Assembly (NCBI GenBank): GCA_013239625.1
Contig: MU053557.1
Span: 6,211,842-6,275,841 of the forward strand
Direction: 5' to 3'
DNA from: Lama guanicoe
Lineage: Eukaryota
DNA: 64,000 bases
Shown: in pieces, positions 27,401 to 41,400 of the stretch
Numbering within the stretch: the stretch's first letter is position 1
How the letters are laid out: each line of letters starts with the position of its first letter
The notes under the pieces: model-generated
Told to the model about the DNA's origin: nothing
What the model saw: only the letters and a program-made list of their open reading frames with translations
Databases searched by the model: none
Program-made: the position numbers and the translations under genes

Positions 27401-30400
27401 GGGAGGATAATAACACCTACCTCATGGGGCTGTTGAGATGATTTTATCAGAAAACAATGGCAATCAAAATCATAGCCACAGGTGAGGAATACTGAGTGCT
27501 TACCATGCTCAGGGACATGCCTGGCTCTGTTCCAAGTGTCTTCATCCTCACCACAGCCCAGTGCGGTGGGCACTATGACTACCCCCATTTCACAGATGTG
27601 GGAACTGAGGGACACAGAAATTATTCAAGTTGCCCAAGATTATCCAGTGCACAATGCAGGGAAAGGGTTGTCAACCTGTATCACCTGATTCCATGGCAAA
27701 CACTCTGAACTACCAACTTGTCCTGCCTGCTTACACACAAAAGACAGTAAGTGTACAACAGCCAACATATGGAAGCAACCTCAGTGTCCATTGACAGATG
27801 AACGGATGGAGATGTGGTATACATAGACAATGGAATACTACTCTGCCATAAAAAAGAATGACATTCTGCCATTTGCAACAATGTGGATGGACCTAGAGGG
27901 TATTATGCGAAATGCAATAAGTCAGACAAAGACAAATACTGTACATTATCACGTTTATGTGGAATCTAAAAAAGAAAACAAACAAATGAATTTAAAAAGC
28001 AGTAAGTGTAGTGCCAGGCATTTGGAGGTACTCAGTAAATGCTCTTCATTGTTCACTACCTGTGACAAGCATTAAAGGCTAATTCCTAGCATTGTTAGTA
28101 TTATTATAACTGTAGTTGTGATAGTATTACAGAACTCCACAGGCTGGATCAGGCACAGGGTATGATGAGAAATGTGAGGACAGAGGCTGTGGCCAGCCCA
28201 TCAGGATGGGAGGACTGAGTCAGTGCTCTGGGTCCTCAGGGGAGGCAGCGGTCACAATCAGAGAGTTCCAGGCTCAAGGTCCCAAATATTGGTCACAAGC
28301 ACAGTACCAGCCTGACCCCAGCTGGGAAGGAGCTTATTAAAAAAATTTGTCATCACTTACAAGGCAGAGCCTTCACTCCCACTCCTGGAGATTCTTATTT
28401 ATTTGGTCTGTGGTGGAGCCCTAGAGTGTGTATCTTTGAAATCCTACCTCCCAACCCCCAGGAAATTCTTATGTAAGCCAAACTGGAGAACCTCTGAATT
28501 CTGGCCCAGTGGAACTTCATATACAATCTCCCTGACAGCCCCCAGGTGGTAATTAAACACTTTTGGAGATGGAGCGCTCATTCTATTTACGAGGTAGCTC
28601 GGATGATTTTAAACCAACAACCACATAAAAAAATCTTTTGAGATTGAACTGAATTCTGCCTGCCTGTTCTTGCCATCTTGTGCCCTAGTACTGACCTCTG
28701 AGTCACAATGAACAAGGCTCATCTGTCTTCTCCATGAGGGCACTTCAGTCACTTGGAGAAAACTGATGTGTTTTCCTGCAACATTTCCAGGTAGAACATC
28801 CTTTGTTTCTTAACTGCTGCTTAAAGGATATGGTTTCCAGATTCCTCACCAGCCTGATTTTTCTCCACTCTATTCCCTCCAATGTTTCTGGATTCCTCTG
28901 AAAATGTACTTTCCAGAAATAAACTCAGCACTCCAGGTGTGGTATCAATAGCTGGGAACAGGGAAGAGCTATCACCTCCCTGATTTTAGACGTAATACTC
29001 CTACTAATGTAACCCAACTGAGATCTCGTGAGATAGTTAAATAGCTATATCTCATCTGTTGATTATAAAATAGGAAACTTCACAGATGTCATGGAGGGCA
29101 TTTATAGGGCTGGCTACTCACCTGTATCACCATTGAGGGGACCTAGCTCCTGTGGCTCTGGTCTGGGTGGCTGATCTGGTCTTTGGTGCCTCTGGAAGAA
29201 ATGAGACAACAGTGAGGATGAAAGAAAAGAAAGTAGGAAGTCAGCATGAGGATGGATGCGAGGGCAGGATTCTTCCAAAGGCAAGACAGGAATTCCAGTT
29301 GTGCCAGCCCCTGCCCTGTGCCCAGTTCACTTAGGCTCCTTCCCTCACCGTCCCAAGGCAGCACCCTCTTTGCAGGGAAGGGGTTCCCAGAGCAGGATTT
29401 CTCATCCTGGCCAGGGAAACCCTCAACGGGGAGTATGATGCTGGTTGACCTCTCCTTAGATTCTTGTGTTTTGGCTCCTGCCACCAACCATGGCCACCTC
29501 TTCCTTCTCCAGGGACTTGGCCAGACCTTCTGCTATCACCTTCCCCCGTTATGGCCTTCAAGTGTCCTAAAACTTCCCACATCCTAGTTCAGAGACAATT
29601 CTCCTTTTTTCTCAGGGCCTGCAGCTACCACAACTTCCAGCCAAGCTCCCTATATTGAAGGCAGAGCATCAGAAGTTTGAGTCATGGTTTTACTGTGCTG
29701 ATTACCTGCTGCGAGGCGCTGTCCCTCACCTACAAGGAGGCAGTAGTACTTACCGTGACAGATGGGGCTGAGATAATATAATGAAGACGTGTCAGGCACT
29801 GTGCTATCTAATCTACACAATCTTAGCTGATCTTCAGAAAGACCCTGCAGGAGGGTATAGCTCAAGTGGTAGAGCACATGCTTAGCACGCACAAGGTCCT
29901 GAGTTCAATCCCCAGTACCTCCTCTAAACATAAACCTCCACTCCCAAATAATACAAATATATTTTAAAAAAGAAGGACCCTGGGAAATATGATTATCCCC
30001 CAATTTAAAGATGAGAAGGATGAGGTAGGTTAGGGTTCAATCAAAAACAAGATCAGGGGACAATTGGCAGATATTTGAGCCACACCTAGTAGGCGCTTTA
30101 ACCATCCTTGGCCAGGGTAGGTTGAATCTGATCAAAGGAGAGAACTGAGGCAAAAGGGCTTCTATTCCCCAAAGCAGTGTCAGTGGCTCCCACATTTCAG
30201 TTTTTATAAATAATATTTTTAAAGAGGAGAGTTGATATGGGCTGACAAGCAAGGATGCTGAAAAAATTTATTTACAGACTATTAACTAACATTTCATAAA
30301 ACAGAAGACACCTTAACCTTCCAAAATACATTGAGGGAGCTCAAGACGCTTCTTCCAGGAAAGGGGAACTGAAATCCTTACTTGATGTTCCACACACACT

Positions 30401-32388
30401 CACACCTTTAATTTTCTTATTTCACCCCAGAGAGGTGAGAAGTTGGCCAAAGTCTGGCACTGGCCACTGGACCAGCATCCAGGGTAGAAAAAAATATTTA
30501 AGCCGTTCTGCATACTTTTCAAAACATTCTCAGATATTAACTAGACTTATTGTAATTAGACTTTAACAATGTCCACAAGTATTGACTCATTAGGTTGTAT
30601 GTGTAAAACTAGTATAATGTTTTATGTCAATTATACCTCAAAATAGTGTTCTTTAAAAAAAAAAAAAGGTATTCTAGGCCCCATTTTTTTTTAAAAAGCA
30701 CTTAAGTCAGCCTATGAAAAGGCTATGAAAGTGTTCAATTGTAAATTATCACTGTAAAAGAAAAACTTCACCTTTTATTATGATAACAGGTTAAGTAATT
30801 ATTAGAATAAAAATGAACAATTTCCTGTACTCGAGAACGACTGACATGCTGCTGGAAGGCACACTTCTGGCTGAGGAGGGAAGAGAAGGGAAGGCTTCCA
30901 GAACATCGTGCTCCTGTCTCAAAGTGCCCGGCACAGAGCCCGGTGCAGCGCGAACCCTGGAGACCTGAGCAAGGCCCAGCGCCTCCCCCGGGCACACCTG
31001 ACAACTGAGCCCTCCCTCCACCTGCCCTGGGAAGCCTCAGCCCTCCTGCCCAGGGGGGCAGGGGATGCTTGGCCCTGGCGCAAGCTGTCAACACAGACCT
31101 CTGGGAAGCGACAGGAGCCAGCCTCTCCCCCTCGGGGTGGGAGGAAGGAGGGAGATAAACGTCAGTGGTCGTCTTGTCCCTGCTATCACCACTGGTTACA
31201 CTCATCTGAGCAACATTTTTATGGGAGTGAGATGTTCTGAATTCCAGTCACAGCTTTTCCACCAACTTGGACAAACCTCTTCCCTCCTCGGGGCTCCTGC
31301 TTCCTCCTTTGTGCAGTGGAGGCGAGGAGGTCTCGGCTTCACCCAACAAGGCCCATGGCATTCAAACTCTGTCATCTCAGCCTCTCTCAGCCACACTGTG
31401 AGGTGAGGGTTATCACAAGGGAGGAAACTGGAGGCCGGGGAGGTGAGACACGGTCACGTGGTGCCTCGATGTCAACATCAGCGTAAGAACCAGGACTCAG
31501 CAGGTTAGAGACTGGAACACTATGGTTACGAAGTTTGGGATTCTAAAATCCCCCAGATCTGGATTGAAATCCTAAATCCACCACCATGTGACTACACGGC
31601 CTCCCTGAGCCTTGGTTTCCTCCTGAGACTGTTTTAAGGATGCGATGAGATCAGGCACCTATAAAGTCTGGCACACTCTAGGGCTCAAACGTAGCACACA
31701 TTTATTACTTCGTATTTGAAAAATCTGGCAAGAACAAAGACCCACAGTGCTTTGCTAGACTTCTTAGGCTGCCATCAGCCTCATGTTGCCTGAAATAAGA
31801 TCATAAAGCTCATATGAAATTGACTTCTCCCAACTAACAATCCCAGAAAGTGAAAAACTTCTCCACTAACAGCTTCCAGACCTTTAGCAGGACACGGCCA
31901 TGGGCTTGAATCTCCAGATCCTGACAGACCCACTCCCTACCCAGGATAACTCCTCAGAATGACATTCAAGATCCATCAGAGTCTGTCCTCACTCTAACAG
32001 CCTCCTCTCCATTTTCTTAAGTTTAAATATTTGCAAACACCTTTTTCCAATTATAGCAGTAGTGACTAATATGTATTTATTTATTATTGGAATAATATAT
32101 ACTTCTGTATATCTTACTTTTTTCAAATATGAGCAAATGCTACATGACATTAAATATTTTAGATGAATTTCACCACTTAATCAATAATCCACTGTGGAAT
32201 GTTTATGTTATTTCCATTTTAATTTTCAAATCATGCTTCAGTGAACATACTGATTTACAAGATTTTTTTTACACATTTAAAATTACTGGCCCTGTCCTCT
32301 AGAAAGTTTCTACCAATTAACTCTCCCACTAACAGCACACAAGAAGGCGAGTTTGACTGCAACCTTGCCAACCTGGACTGGCAGCATT

Positions 32389-32422
<34 letters not shown>

Positions 32423-35400
32423 TATAATATTAATAATAATAATTATTATTATTTTAATGTTGCCAAATTAGCTAGGCCAAAACCAAACCAAAACAACCTG
32501 CTGGCCTCCTGGCCCCAGCACGCACATCCATGAGCTCAAGAGCACCCCGACATGGCATTCGGTCAACATTTCTCAGGCTCCAGGCCCAGCTCATGTATGA
32601 TTTCTGCTTGGTCTTGTCCCAGGGCTCCTGTCAGCTCTACACTCTGGGGCCTATTCAGACACCTACGCAAGCAGGGACCTGGTCACCTGTGTTTCTCCTG
32701 CTGCTCCAAGGGGGCTCCTTGATGACAGGGACTAATTTTGAAATCCACTTTGGATTTGCCCCAGTGTCTGTGATGATGCCCAGAACAGTCTTTCTAGGTA
32801 TTTCTTGGCCTAAGATAGGGCCTCCTGTGTCGGAACCACCTGGAGCGCTTACTTAGCATAGCTCGCAGGCCGAGTCCTAGAGCTCCGGAATCCAAGGCGG
32901 GTGTGTGTGTGCTGGGAAGCGCCAACCTCCAATCTACCAATCCAACCAGCTGACCTGGAGGCGCACCAAAGCCTGAGGACACACAGTCCAGAGCTGAGCA
33001 GGAATTGATAAGCAACCACTGTATGGAAAATTCCTGTGCTGGGGCCTTGGCTGCTTCCTCCTCAGAGGTCATGGCACAGAGTCCAACCTGCAGCGGGAGA
33101 GGACAGGAGCCGGGAGGGGCCACAAGAATTTCCCCTTCCAAAAGTGGAGTGGGGAGGCCTTGGGCTGGGAGGGGCATCCGGACTGAACTCTGGAAGAGGG
33201 ATGGCAGCTTCCTGTGTCAGCGGAAACTTGGGAGAAGCAAGCCATGAGGCAGGAGCTTAGCAGCACCGGATGGAGGGGGAACCTGGACATGGAGGGGGAA
33301 CCAGGACTGGGAGGGGAGGCTGGGAGACCGAGGTTCCAGCTTTACTGTGTGACCTTAGGGCAGTCCTGCCCCTCTCTGGACCTCAGTTTCCCTATCCCTG
33401 ATGGGTCAGGGTGAGAACAGACATTCTCCTCAGTCTTTCTGGACTCCAGGGCAGCCCTTCAACTAAGAAGGCCGGAAACAGGGCCCCAATATCTTGGTAA
33501 CATGCACAGTTCTAGGGCCCAGCTCCTTGTCAAGCCGACCAGATCCCTGTTCTGAGATCAGCCAGAAGAAGCAAACCTGGTCTTTGGTAGAACCGGGCCG
33601 CCAAAAGCAGACAGAGTCTCGGCAGAGGGGAGCACAGAGCCAGAGCTGTGGGGAGGGCAGACAAGCCCAGACTGGTCCCAGGGAGATCCCTTCGACTGTA
33701 CTCGCATGTTGGAGGGGAAACTGGCCACCTGGAAGGAACCAACAGGATGCTGTAGGAGACTCAAACCAAATTACAGGAGGGACTATCACCAACAGTTGGT
33801 CAGCCTTGAGAACAGGCCAAAAAATAAAACAAAACACACCTGGGCTCTGTCTTCAAATCCCTGCCATGAAGTAGAAGGTGCATGTGTGTGGTCCACAGTC
33901 TTGGAGGGCAGGATGATGGCTAAAGGCTAGAAGTCTCAAGAAGTTTTCAGGGCAACAAAGAATTTCAGAACTGCCCCTAACAGAGACAGGCTGCCTTATT
34001 GGAGAGTGGGATGGGGTGGTGGTAGTGAGCTCTCCATCACTGGTAGCAGGCAAGAAGAGGCAGACTTCATTTTGCAGGTTGGATTGAATGATCTCAGAGA
34101 ACTCTGTCTTCGAATCCCTGCCATGAAGTAGAAGGTGCATGTGTGTGGTCCACAGTCTTGGCGGGCAGGATGATGGCTAAAGACTAGAAGTCTCAAGAAG
34201 TTTTCAGGGCAACATAAAGAATTTCAGAACTGCCCCTAACAGAGACAGGCTGCCTTATTGGAGAGTGGGATGGGGTGGTGGTAGTGAGCTCTCCATCACT
34301 GGTAGCAGGCAAGAAGAGGCAGACTTCATTTTGCAGGTTGGATTGAATGATCTCAGAGGACCCTCAACTCCAACAGTCAGTCGCTCTATGAAGTATCCTT
34401 GATGCTCAGCAAGACCTCCAGGAAGCATCAAGTGTTCAGCTAGTGCAGGTGCTATGTAAAACCCACCGACATTAACAGTTTCGGGGGCTCTGCTGAGTAT
34501 TATTCAAGTTGTAGTACTTTGCAGTGAATTTTCATAGTCTCATACTAATGCACCTGGGATCGACTCCTTGACTTCCCTCAAGTTCCAAGCCTCACCAGGG
34601 AAGAATGAGGAAGGCAGAAGCAACTTGGATAGAGGTTGCCCAGCTATTCCTCCCCTTGGGAATCCTACTAGGATGGAAGCCAGGAGTAGCCCTGAGGATG
34701 GCTCAGCCTTTCCTGAAGACACTTGGTCTAACCTCGCTTTAGAGACCATCACTCCATCCTTTTCATGGGCCTTCGGGCGCTGTGTATTTCTGAGTGGTGT
34801 GACTTCTATCCTTATTATTCCTGCTTTGCTTTGAATATTTAGTAACCAAAGGACCCTTAAGAGTTCACCTAGCCCCTCCACTGCCCCCATCGACCACAGC
34901 CTTGGCTTCTCTTGGCCATATAGTTCTGTCACACCCACCATGGCTGAGGAGGGTTTACTGGGACTTACTGGGACCCAGAAGACAGAGTTGGAAGGACCCC
35001 CGCTGACAGTTTATTCTAATTCCCACCTCCTGCTTCCAGATGGAGAAACCGAGGCCCAGAGGTGGGATGGATGGGGCCTGTCTGAGGCCACAGAGCAGGG
35101 GAGCAGAGATTCCACTGGGGAATCCAGATTGAAGGCAGAGACTAGAGTCCCTTCTGCTTCCTTTGTGCGGACACCAGATTGATCCAAGTGGCGGAATGGT
35201 TAGAGGATTTGCAGCCTCAAGGGACGCGGTCACACCCCTCTGCAGTATCAGAGCTGTGCTTCTGGTGTCTGGACTCAGCGTGGGTGGGGCCCCAGCACCA
35301 GCAGTTTCGGGACACGAACAACCACAGGCACAGCCCATTGGCTGAGGGTAGAGACAGGAAGGAGGTGGGGGCGGAGGCCCAAGGGGCCCTCCGGGGCCTC

Positions 35401-38400
35401 ACAGAGAGGAAAGGCAGGGCCTCCATGGTCAGGGCCGTGGAGAAACGCTAGCATTCATACCCAGACTACAGAGGCTCAGATGGAAGAACACCATAATCAC
35501 AGCCCTCAGCTTCTCCATCTCTAGGATGGGCAGAGTATTCTGCCAAATCAGTGGCTCAATTCAATTTCATTTTCACACTGCCAAGGACACTGAAGATTTA
35601 GTCCAACTCGTTCATTTTACAGAGTGGCCTCAACATCACCCAGTGCCTGCAGGGGGTTACACCAATGTAACCCAACGAAAGGTAGGCGCGCCAGCCGGCA
35701 CCACTCAGCTGTGTAAGGGGGGCCCCGCCAAGTCCCTGAACACCTGCAATGTCCCCAGAGCACCCCAAGGCAGGGGCGGATGTGGTCTCCATCTCTCCTA
35801 TCCGACCACTCAATGAAAGATCTCAGAGGAGGACAGAACCAATTTCCTTCCTATGCACCTGCTGGGCCTGACCACGGCAGTGGGGAAGGCCTCAAGTGCT
35901 GGGTCCGACCCCTTGGGTACAGATGGAGAGGCTGAGCCTGTGAAAGAGTTTCCAATGTACCAGATTTCCTTCCTTCCTCCCTACAGCCCACCTTCTCCTG
36001 CTCCATATCAGCTTCCCAAGGGGTCTGCCTTACAGGGCCCAGAGGTGGCAGAGGCCCTCGGCACCATTTCCGGCATTTGGGTCAGCCTGTCAGGCAGAAA
36101 GACTCTGAAGGAATGGAATAGAAAATGGTGTCAGTGACCATGGTGAGGGAAGAGATAGGCTAAGGGCACAGATACATGACCAGATAACCACCTGTCTTCC
36201 CAACCCAGGCAAAAGCCCCAGGGGGAGTCCAGAGTCGGGGCTCAGGCTTGCTACTTGCTTGCTGTGTGACTTTGGGGAAGTGCCTTCCCCTCTCTGGGCT
36301 TCTGTTTCCTCCTCTCTAGGGCATGGAGTTGGGCAACGGGATCCATCAGGGCCCTTCTGGTTTTGGTATGCTGTGAATGCAAAAGAACGGGCAGAGTGAG
36401 GTCATCCTGACACCTCATCTGCTATCAATCCTGTCACGCTCCAGGCAGGGCAGGGCTGGCGGCTGGACACACTCAGCTGTCAGCTCCGCACGAAGAGGGC
36501 TTCTGGGGAGGACAGGAAAGGAGGGATCCTTGCTCAGGAGGGGCTGGGGTCGGTGTTGGGGGGTGCGGTCCTGATCCCTTCGTACCACCCTCCGTTCCTG
36601 AGCTGCCCCTGTGTGGAGGCCGTAAAAGGCAGGGAAGGACTGCCTGGAGCAGAGAATGACAGAGCCCAGCAGCCACCTCCCAAGGTACACGCAGCATGTG
36701 CTTCCCTACCCCACAACGGCACTGCCCGCAGAGAGAGGCACCGTTAGTAAGGACAGGGGTGGGCATCTCCAGGGTGCTCAGGGCGGGGTCACTGGGAACA
36801 GGGAAATGCTGGAAACCAGCTTCATGTCCACAACAGGGAACTGGCTTGATACACTAAGGGACATAACAACAGGCAATGAGACTTCAGTGTTTAAAATAAC
36901 AAAGTAGACATTTACATACACAGGTGGAAAGGCATTTGGTAGAATATCTATATGCAAAAGAAACTGTTTCAGTTGGTACATAAACACACAGGAAAAGCTA
37001 TCTAGAAAAGCACACGTTGATGGCAGTCAGTTGTCATCTCTAGAGAAGGGACTAGAATTGTTGTGGTCAAGGAGGGGAATGTTCAATTTTACCTAAATTC
37101 TTGGACATTTTGAAACAACAGTGTATTCAAATTTGATTTGTGTACCCAGAAGTTAACACCAACGGGAAGAACAAATACCTTTCTTGGGACCTAAAAGCAG
37201 CCAAGGCAGGCATTTTACAGGTGGGGAAATCAAGGCCCGGGGCAAGAACCAGCAATCTGAGATCAAACAGCAAGTTAGTGAAAAAGGCAGGAGCAGGGCC
37301 CACTCTTGCCCCCGGGTCCAGTGCTCTTTCCTCTGCAGATGCGGCAGCTGGTGTCTCAAAGCATGTGGGCCTTGTCCCAGCACCTCCTCGTCTGCAGGGC
37401 TCCCCACTCATCTGCCAAGCCCCAGCTCCACAGGGGAGGCCCTGAGCTCTTCCGGCCCATTTCAACCGGTGGCAAGGTAGGGGAGGAGCCAGAGAGGGTG
37501 GGGAGTCGCTAAGCTTAAAACATACATTTCCTAGGACTGTTGTAACAAATCACCACAAAATTGGTGACTTACAACAACAGAAAATTATTTTCTTACAGTT
37601 ACGGAGGCTAGAAATCCAAAACCAGGGTATCAGCTGGGTCGGGTCCTTTGGGTTCTGTTCCACCCACCAGCAACCCTCGGTGTTCCTGGGCCTGCAGTTC
37701 CATCACTCCAGTCTCTGCTTCTGCCATCCCATGGCCTCCTCCTTCTGCATCTGTCCCCTTCCCCTCCTCTTACAAGGACACACCATCGGATTAGGGCCCA
37801 CCGTCTTCCAGCATGACTTCAGCTCGACCAGATTACATCTGCGAAACCCCTGCTTCAGACAAAGTCATATCCATAGGTTGTGGGTGTACGTGAGTTTTGG
37901 GGGGACACTATTCAATCCATTACAGGTGACTGTTCTGTTGTTGGGGCTATCTCCTCAAGGAGAGGGCAGGGATGGGGTGGCACAGGGCAGCGGAGAAACA
38001 ACAAGGAGGTCTACGAGGTCCACTGGACGTTCTGAAGAAGAACTTCGCTGCTGGGGAGCAGGGCAAACTGCAAGTAGGTCAATTTGTACAACACTTATCT
38101 GGGGGGGAGCATGGATGTGGGATGGGCGTTTGCAGTATAGTGAGGCGTTTGGCCTAGATGTTCTGGAGGGTTCAGGTTTGAAAACAAAGTGACACAAGAT
38201 AAAGGATTTTTAGGGATTCAGATCCAACCTGGTGAGAGAAGTCGGGAAGCCTGTCTCCAGGTAATGGATAGATTTAGACCTCTCTACGCTCAAGATGGAC
38301 GGATTTCCTCTCTCTCCTTCTCTCTGCCCGCGGGGGGGGGGGGGGGGGTGGTCCCAGGAGCTCCCCCTGCCCCCACTTGCTGGTCCTGTTCCATCTGGGG

Positions 38401-41400
38401 TGGCTCACAAGGCTCTGAAGGTGGAGGACACTGAGGACAAGGTACGGGCCTTGAGGATGGAAACCCAAGAGCACCCTGAGATGTCAGAGCCAGAACTCGG
38501 CCGTCTGTTAGACTCTTCCTTTCATGGGAGGCGACCCTACTTTTTCCAAGTTTATGTTTTGAACATGAATGTTCATGAATTTTACCCTGAGGCCCCTTGG
38601 AGCTCTTTTTCAGGCAGATATCAGACTTTTGCTTACTAGCCAACCTATCAACGCTGAGCTGTCAGGTGGCAGCCCTCCCTACCAGGAGTGTCACCATCTT
38701 GACTTACTCAGCAGCCTGCTTGTGGACCACTAATTTGAAGTTTTATCCTTTCTGGCCCTTTTTATAACCAAAAAAAAAAAAATACAAGTGCTGATGTGAA
38801 GATGGGCCCCAAACTCAAGACCCAGTTGAGGCAATGAAGGCCATCCTGAGCTGGCTGGGGGACCTCCGCGACTCACCTGGGCATTCCACTACAAAGGAAC
38901 AGAATTAAAGACTTACACATGTGCAGAAAATGTGCTACCAAGGGTTGTGTCTCCAAGGCAAGGATTGTTAAAAATTCTTCTGATGGGTTTTAGGTCACAG
39001 GGCACAGATGTCCCTTTATACCATAGAAATCTGGCGCTCAACCTCACGAGGTTTTCAGAGGGCCTATGTATGGCCCCCTGTGTTGGCTTTAACTGGGATG
39101 ATTTTTTTGGTGAGGGGCGGGCTCAGAGGCCATATACGCACCAATGTCCCCACGATGTTTGGGACGGAGGGCTCGGTGCCCAAGAAAGGCAGCCTCTTTT
39201 CACAGTCCCTCTGTCTCCACCTCGGCAAAGTGAGTTAAAAGGTCAAATTTACCTCCCTCCTACCGACCGGGTGTCAGGGGCCCTGCCTCCTGTACCCCAC
39301 TCACCCTGACACAAGTGCCTGGCCCCTACCCACCTTCAAAACCCAGCCAAGGTGCCACCTCTCTCTGAAGGCCTTCCTTCCACCCTCCAGTCCCCTCTGG
39401 ACTCTAAGGCACGCGCTCTCTGGGTAAGGATGAAAACACAGGGTTTTCCAGAATAACAAGGGTAGGCGTGGGGAGCATAATCAGTCGTACCCAGCCTGGT
39501 TAAGTGAGTCACAGAAAGTCCACAGAACACTAAGTGGCCATTAAAAATCACATTTCCGGGCATTACCCAACTCGGGAGAACGCTCCCAGCAAAATATTAA
39601 GTAACTAGAATATAACCACTTAGAATATATTCCCACTTCTGTACAAACAGTTACATTCACATATACAGACAAAGAATAGAAGGAATGACACTGAAATGTA
39701 CACTGGAATGTATATGCACATTCATGATGGGATTAAAAGTCATTTTTAAATTCTTTATACTTTTCCAAATTTTGAGATTTTTGCCTCCAACACTGTAATA
39801 ATCAGAATAATTAGATGGTTTAATTGGGATCCTAAATATTGGCTAGTCCTAGGCCTGCACCCCCTCCTCTTCTATTTTTGCCAAAATCTCACCTGACCTC
39901 TGCTTGAACTCCTCCAGGATGGGGACTCACAACCCTTCTTCCTCATGAGAAGTAGGCTCTGGCTCCCTTAGTGTCCCTTCACTGGCCACACTTCTGCTTT
40001 CTGGAACAACAGAGGACAAGGCTGCTCCCCACACCCATGCTGCTTGACAACACTTCAGAAGGTCAAAAGCAGTGGCCAGGCTCCAGGCTTCATCTTCGCA
40101 ACCCTGACAGCATTCCAAGGACATGAATGCCCCCTGTCCCCTGCATCCCTGTTTGCTTTCCTGGGGTACAATCCAGGCTGTGATATCCTCCCCTACATGC
40201 CTTCTTATCAAGTGTGTGCCACTTGCCAGCCAGTGGATCAGGGATTCTGTTACATGCATTCTTTCGTCTCATCTTAGAACCACCCTGTGGCCCAGGAGCT
40301 AACATCACACCTATTTTATAGATTTGGAAACTGATGCCCGGAAAAGCCAAGTCCCTTCCATGGTCACTTAATGGATCCACAGTGGAGCCAGGACTGAAGT
40401 GGCACCTGGCCCAGAGTCTGGTGAGCTGAGTTCATAAATGAGTCTGTGAAACCAGTTTTAAAGGCCATGCCCTTAGGGTCTATGGTTTTGTTCAGAATTA
40501 GTCATGCCCATGCCAGGCTCTTCCATGCCGTTTACTTCTGCATCTCTACCTCTCTCTCACCTGGCCTGCCACCTGGACGTGTTCCTGAAGGGCTACTGAG
40601 AGACTGACAGGTGAGAACCTGTTGCCTGAGGCCCAGCAGGAGCAGTGCTGAGCCAGGTTCTCAGATGCCCTGCTCAGGGCTGAGTGCTGTGGCCAGAGTG
40701 GAAGCCCTGGGGACTGGGGGTCCAGGTGTTAACACCAGGCACATGCATGGGGGGTGACCATGAGGCACTGCTGTCCCTCCCCATCACTGCCCAGAGGGGG
40801 CTGGTAACCTGTAAGGGACGGAAGGCCCTGTGGACTCCCATGTCACCCTACAGGCCTTGGCTCCAGAGGAATCCAAATGGAACTTTGCCTTTAATTTGTT
40901 TCCTTGGCCCCTTCCCTTTCTGTCTGGCCTTCTCCCAAGTCCTCCCAGGGGATGTGGTCACATCAGCCACAGTCTCTGCCAAAAAGCATTTAGGAAGAAC
41001 CACACCATGCAGGTGGCTTGTCAGCATTCATGCCCAGCCTGCTAGGGATCCCCACTCATTCATTTGCTGGGGTTTCAAACTGTCCCCAAAAGTTCCAATA
41101 ACACTTGGTCCCAGGTCAGGCCTCTCTGTAAGGCCACCAGGCATTGTCAACTGCAGGACTCAGCAAACCCTTAGGTCCTGGCCTTTGGAGGGACCTTGAA
41201 AAGCCCTAGTGGTCAAGCCCCTGTCCGTAGGCAGGGCAGTGTTGGCCCCATTCCTCACTGCCAGCCACCTCTCCCTCCACAGCAAGCACTGTCAGTCTGT
41301 GTTTTCTCGGGCTCAGCCTCCGCACAGGCTGTCCTCTCTGCCTCGACTGGGTAACTCCCACCAAACCCACAACACTCAGCTGAGGCATGCCCATTCCTCA

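Noticed and set aside
33845..34358. Direct repeat as possible LTR pair or CRISPR-like array
   Set aside because: Only two adjacent copies, with no spacers, internal region or TG..CA/TSD; eukaryotic context.
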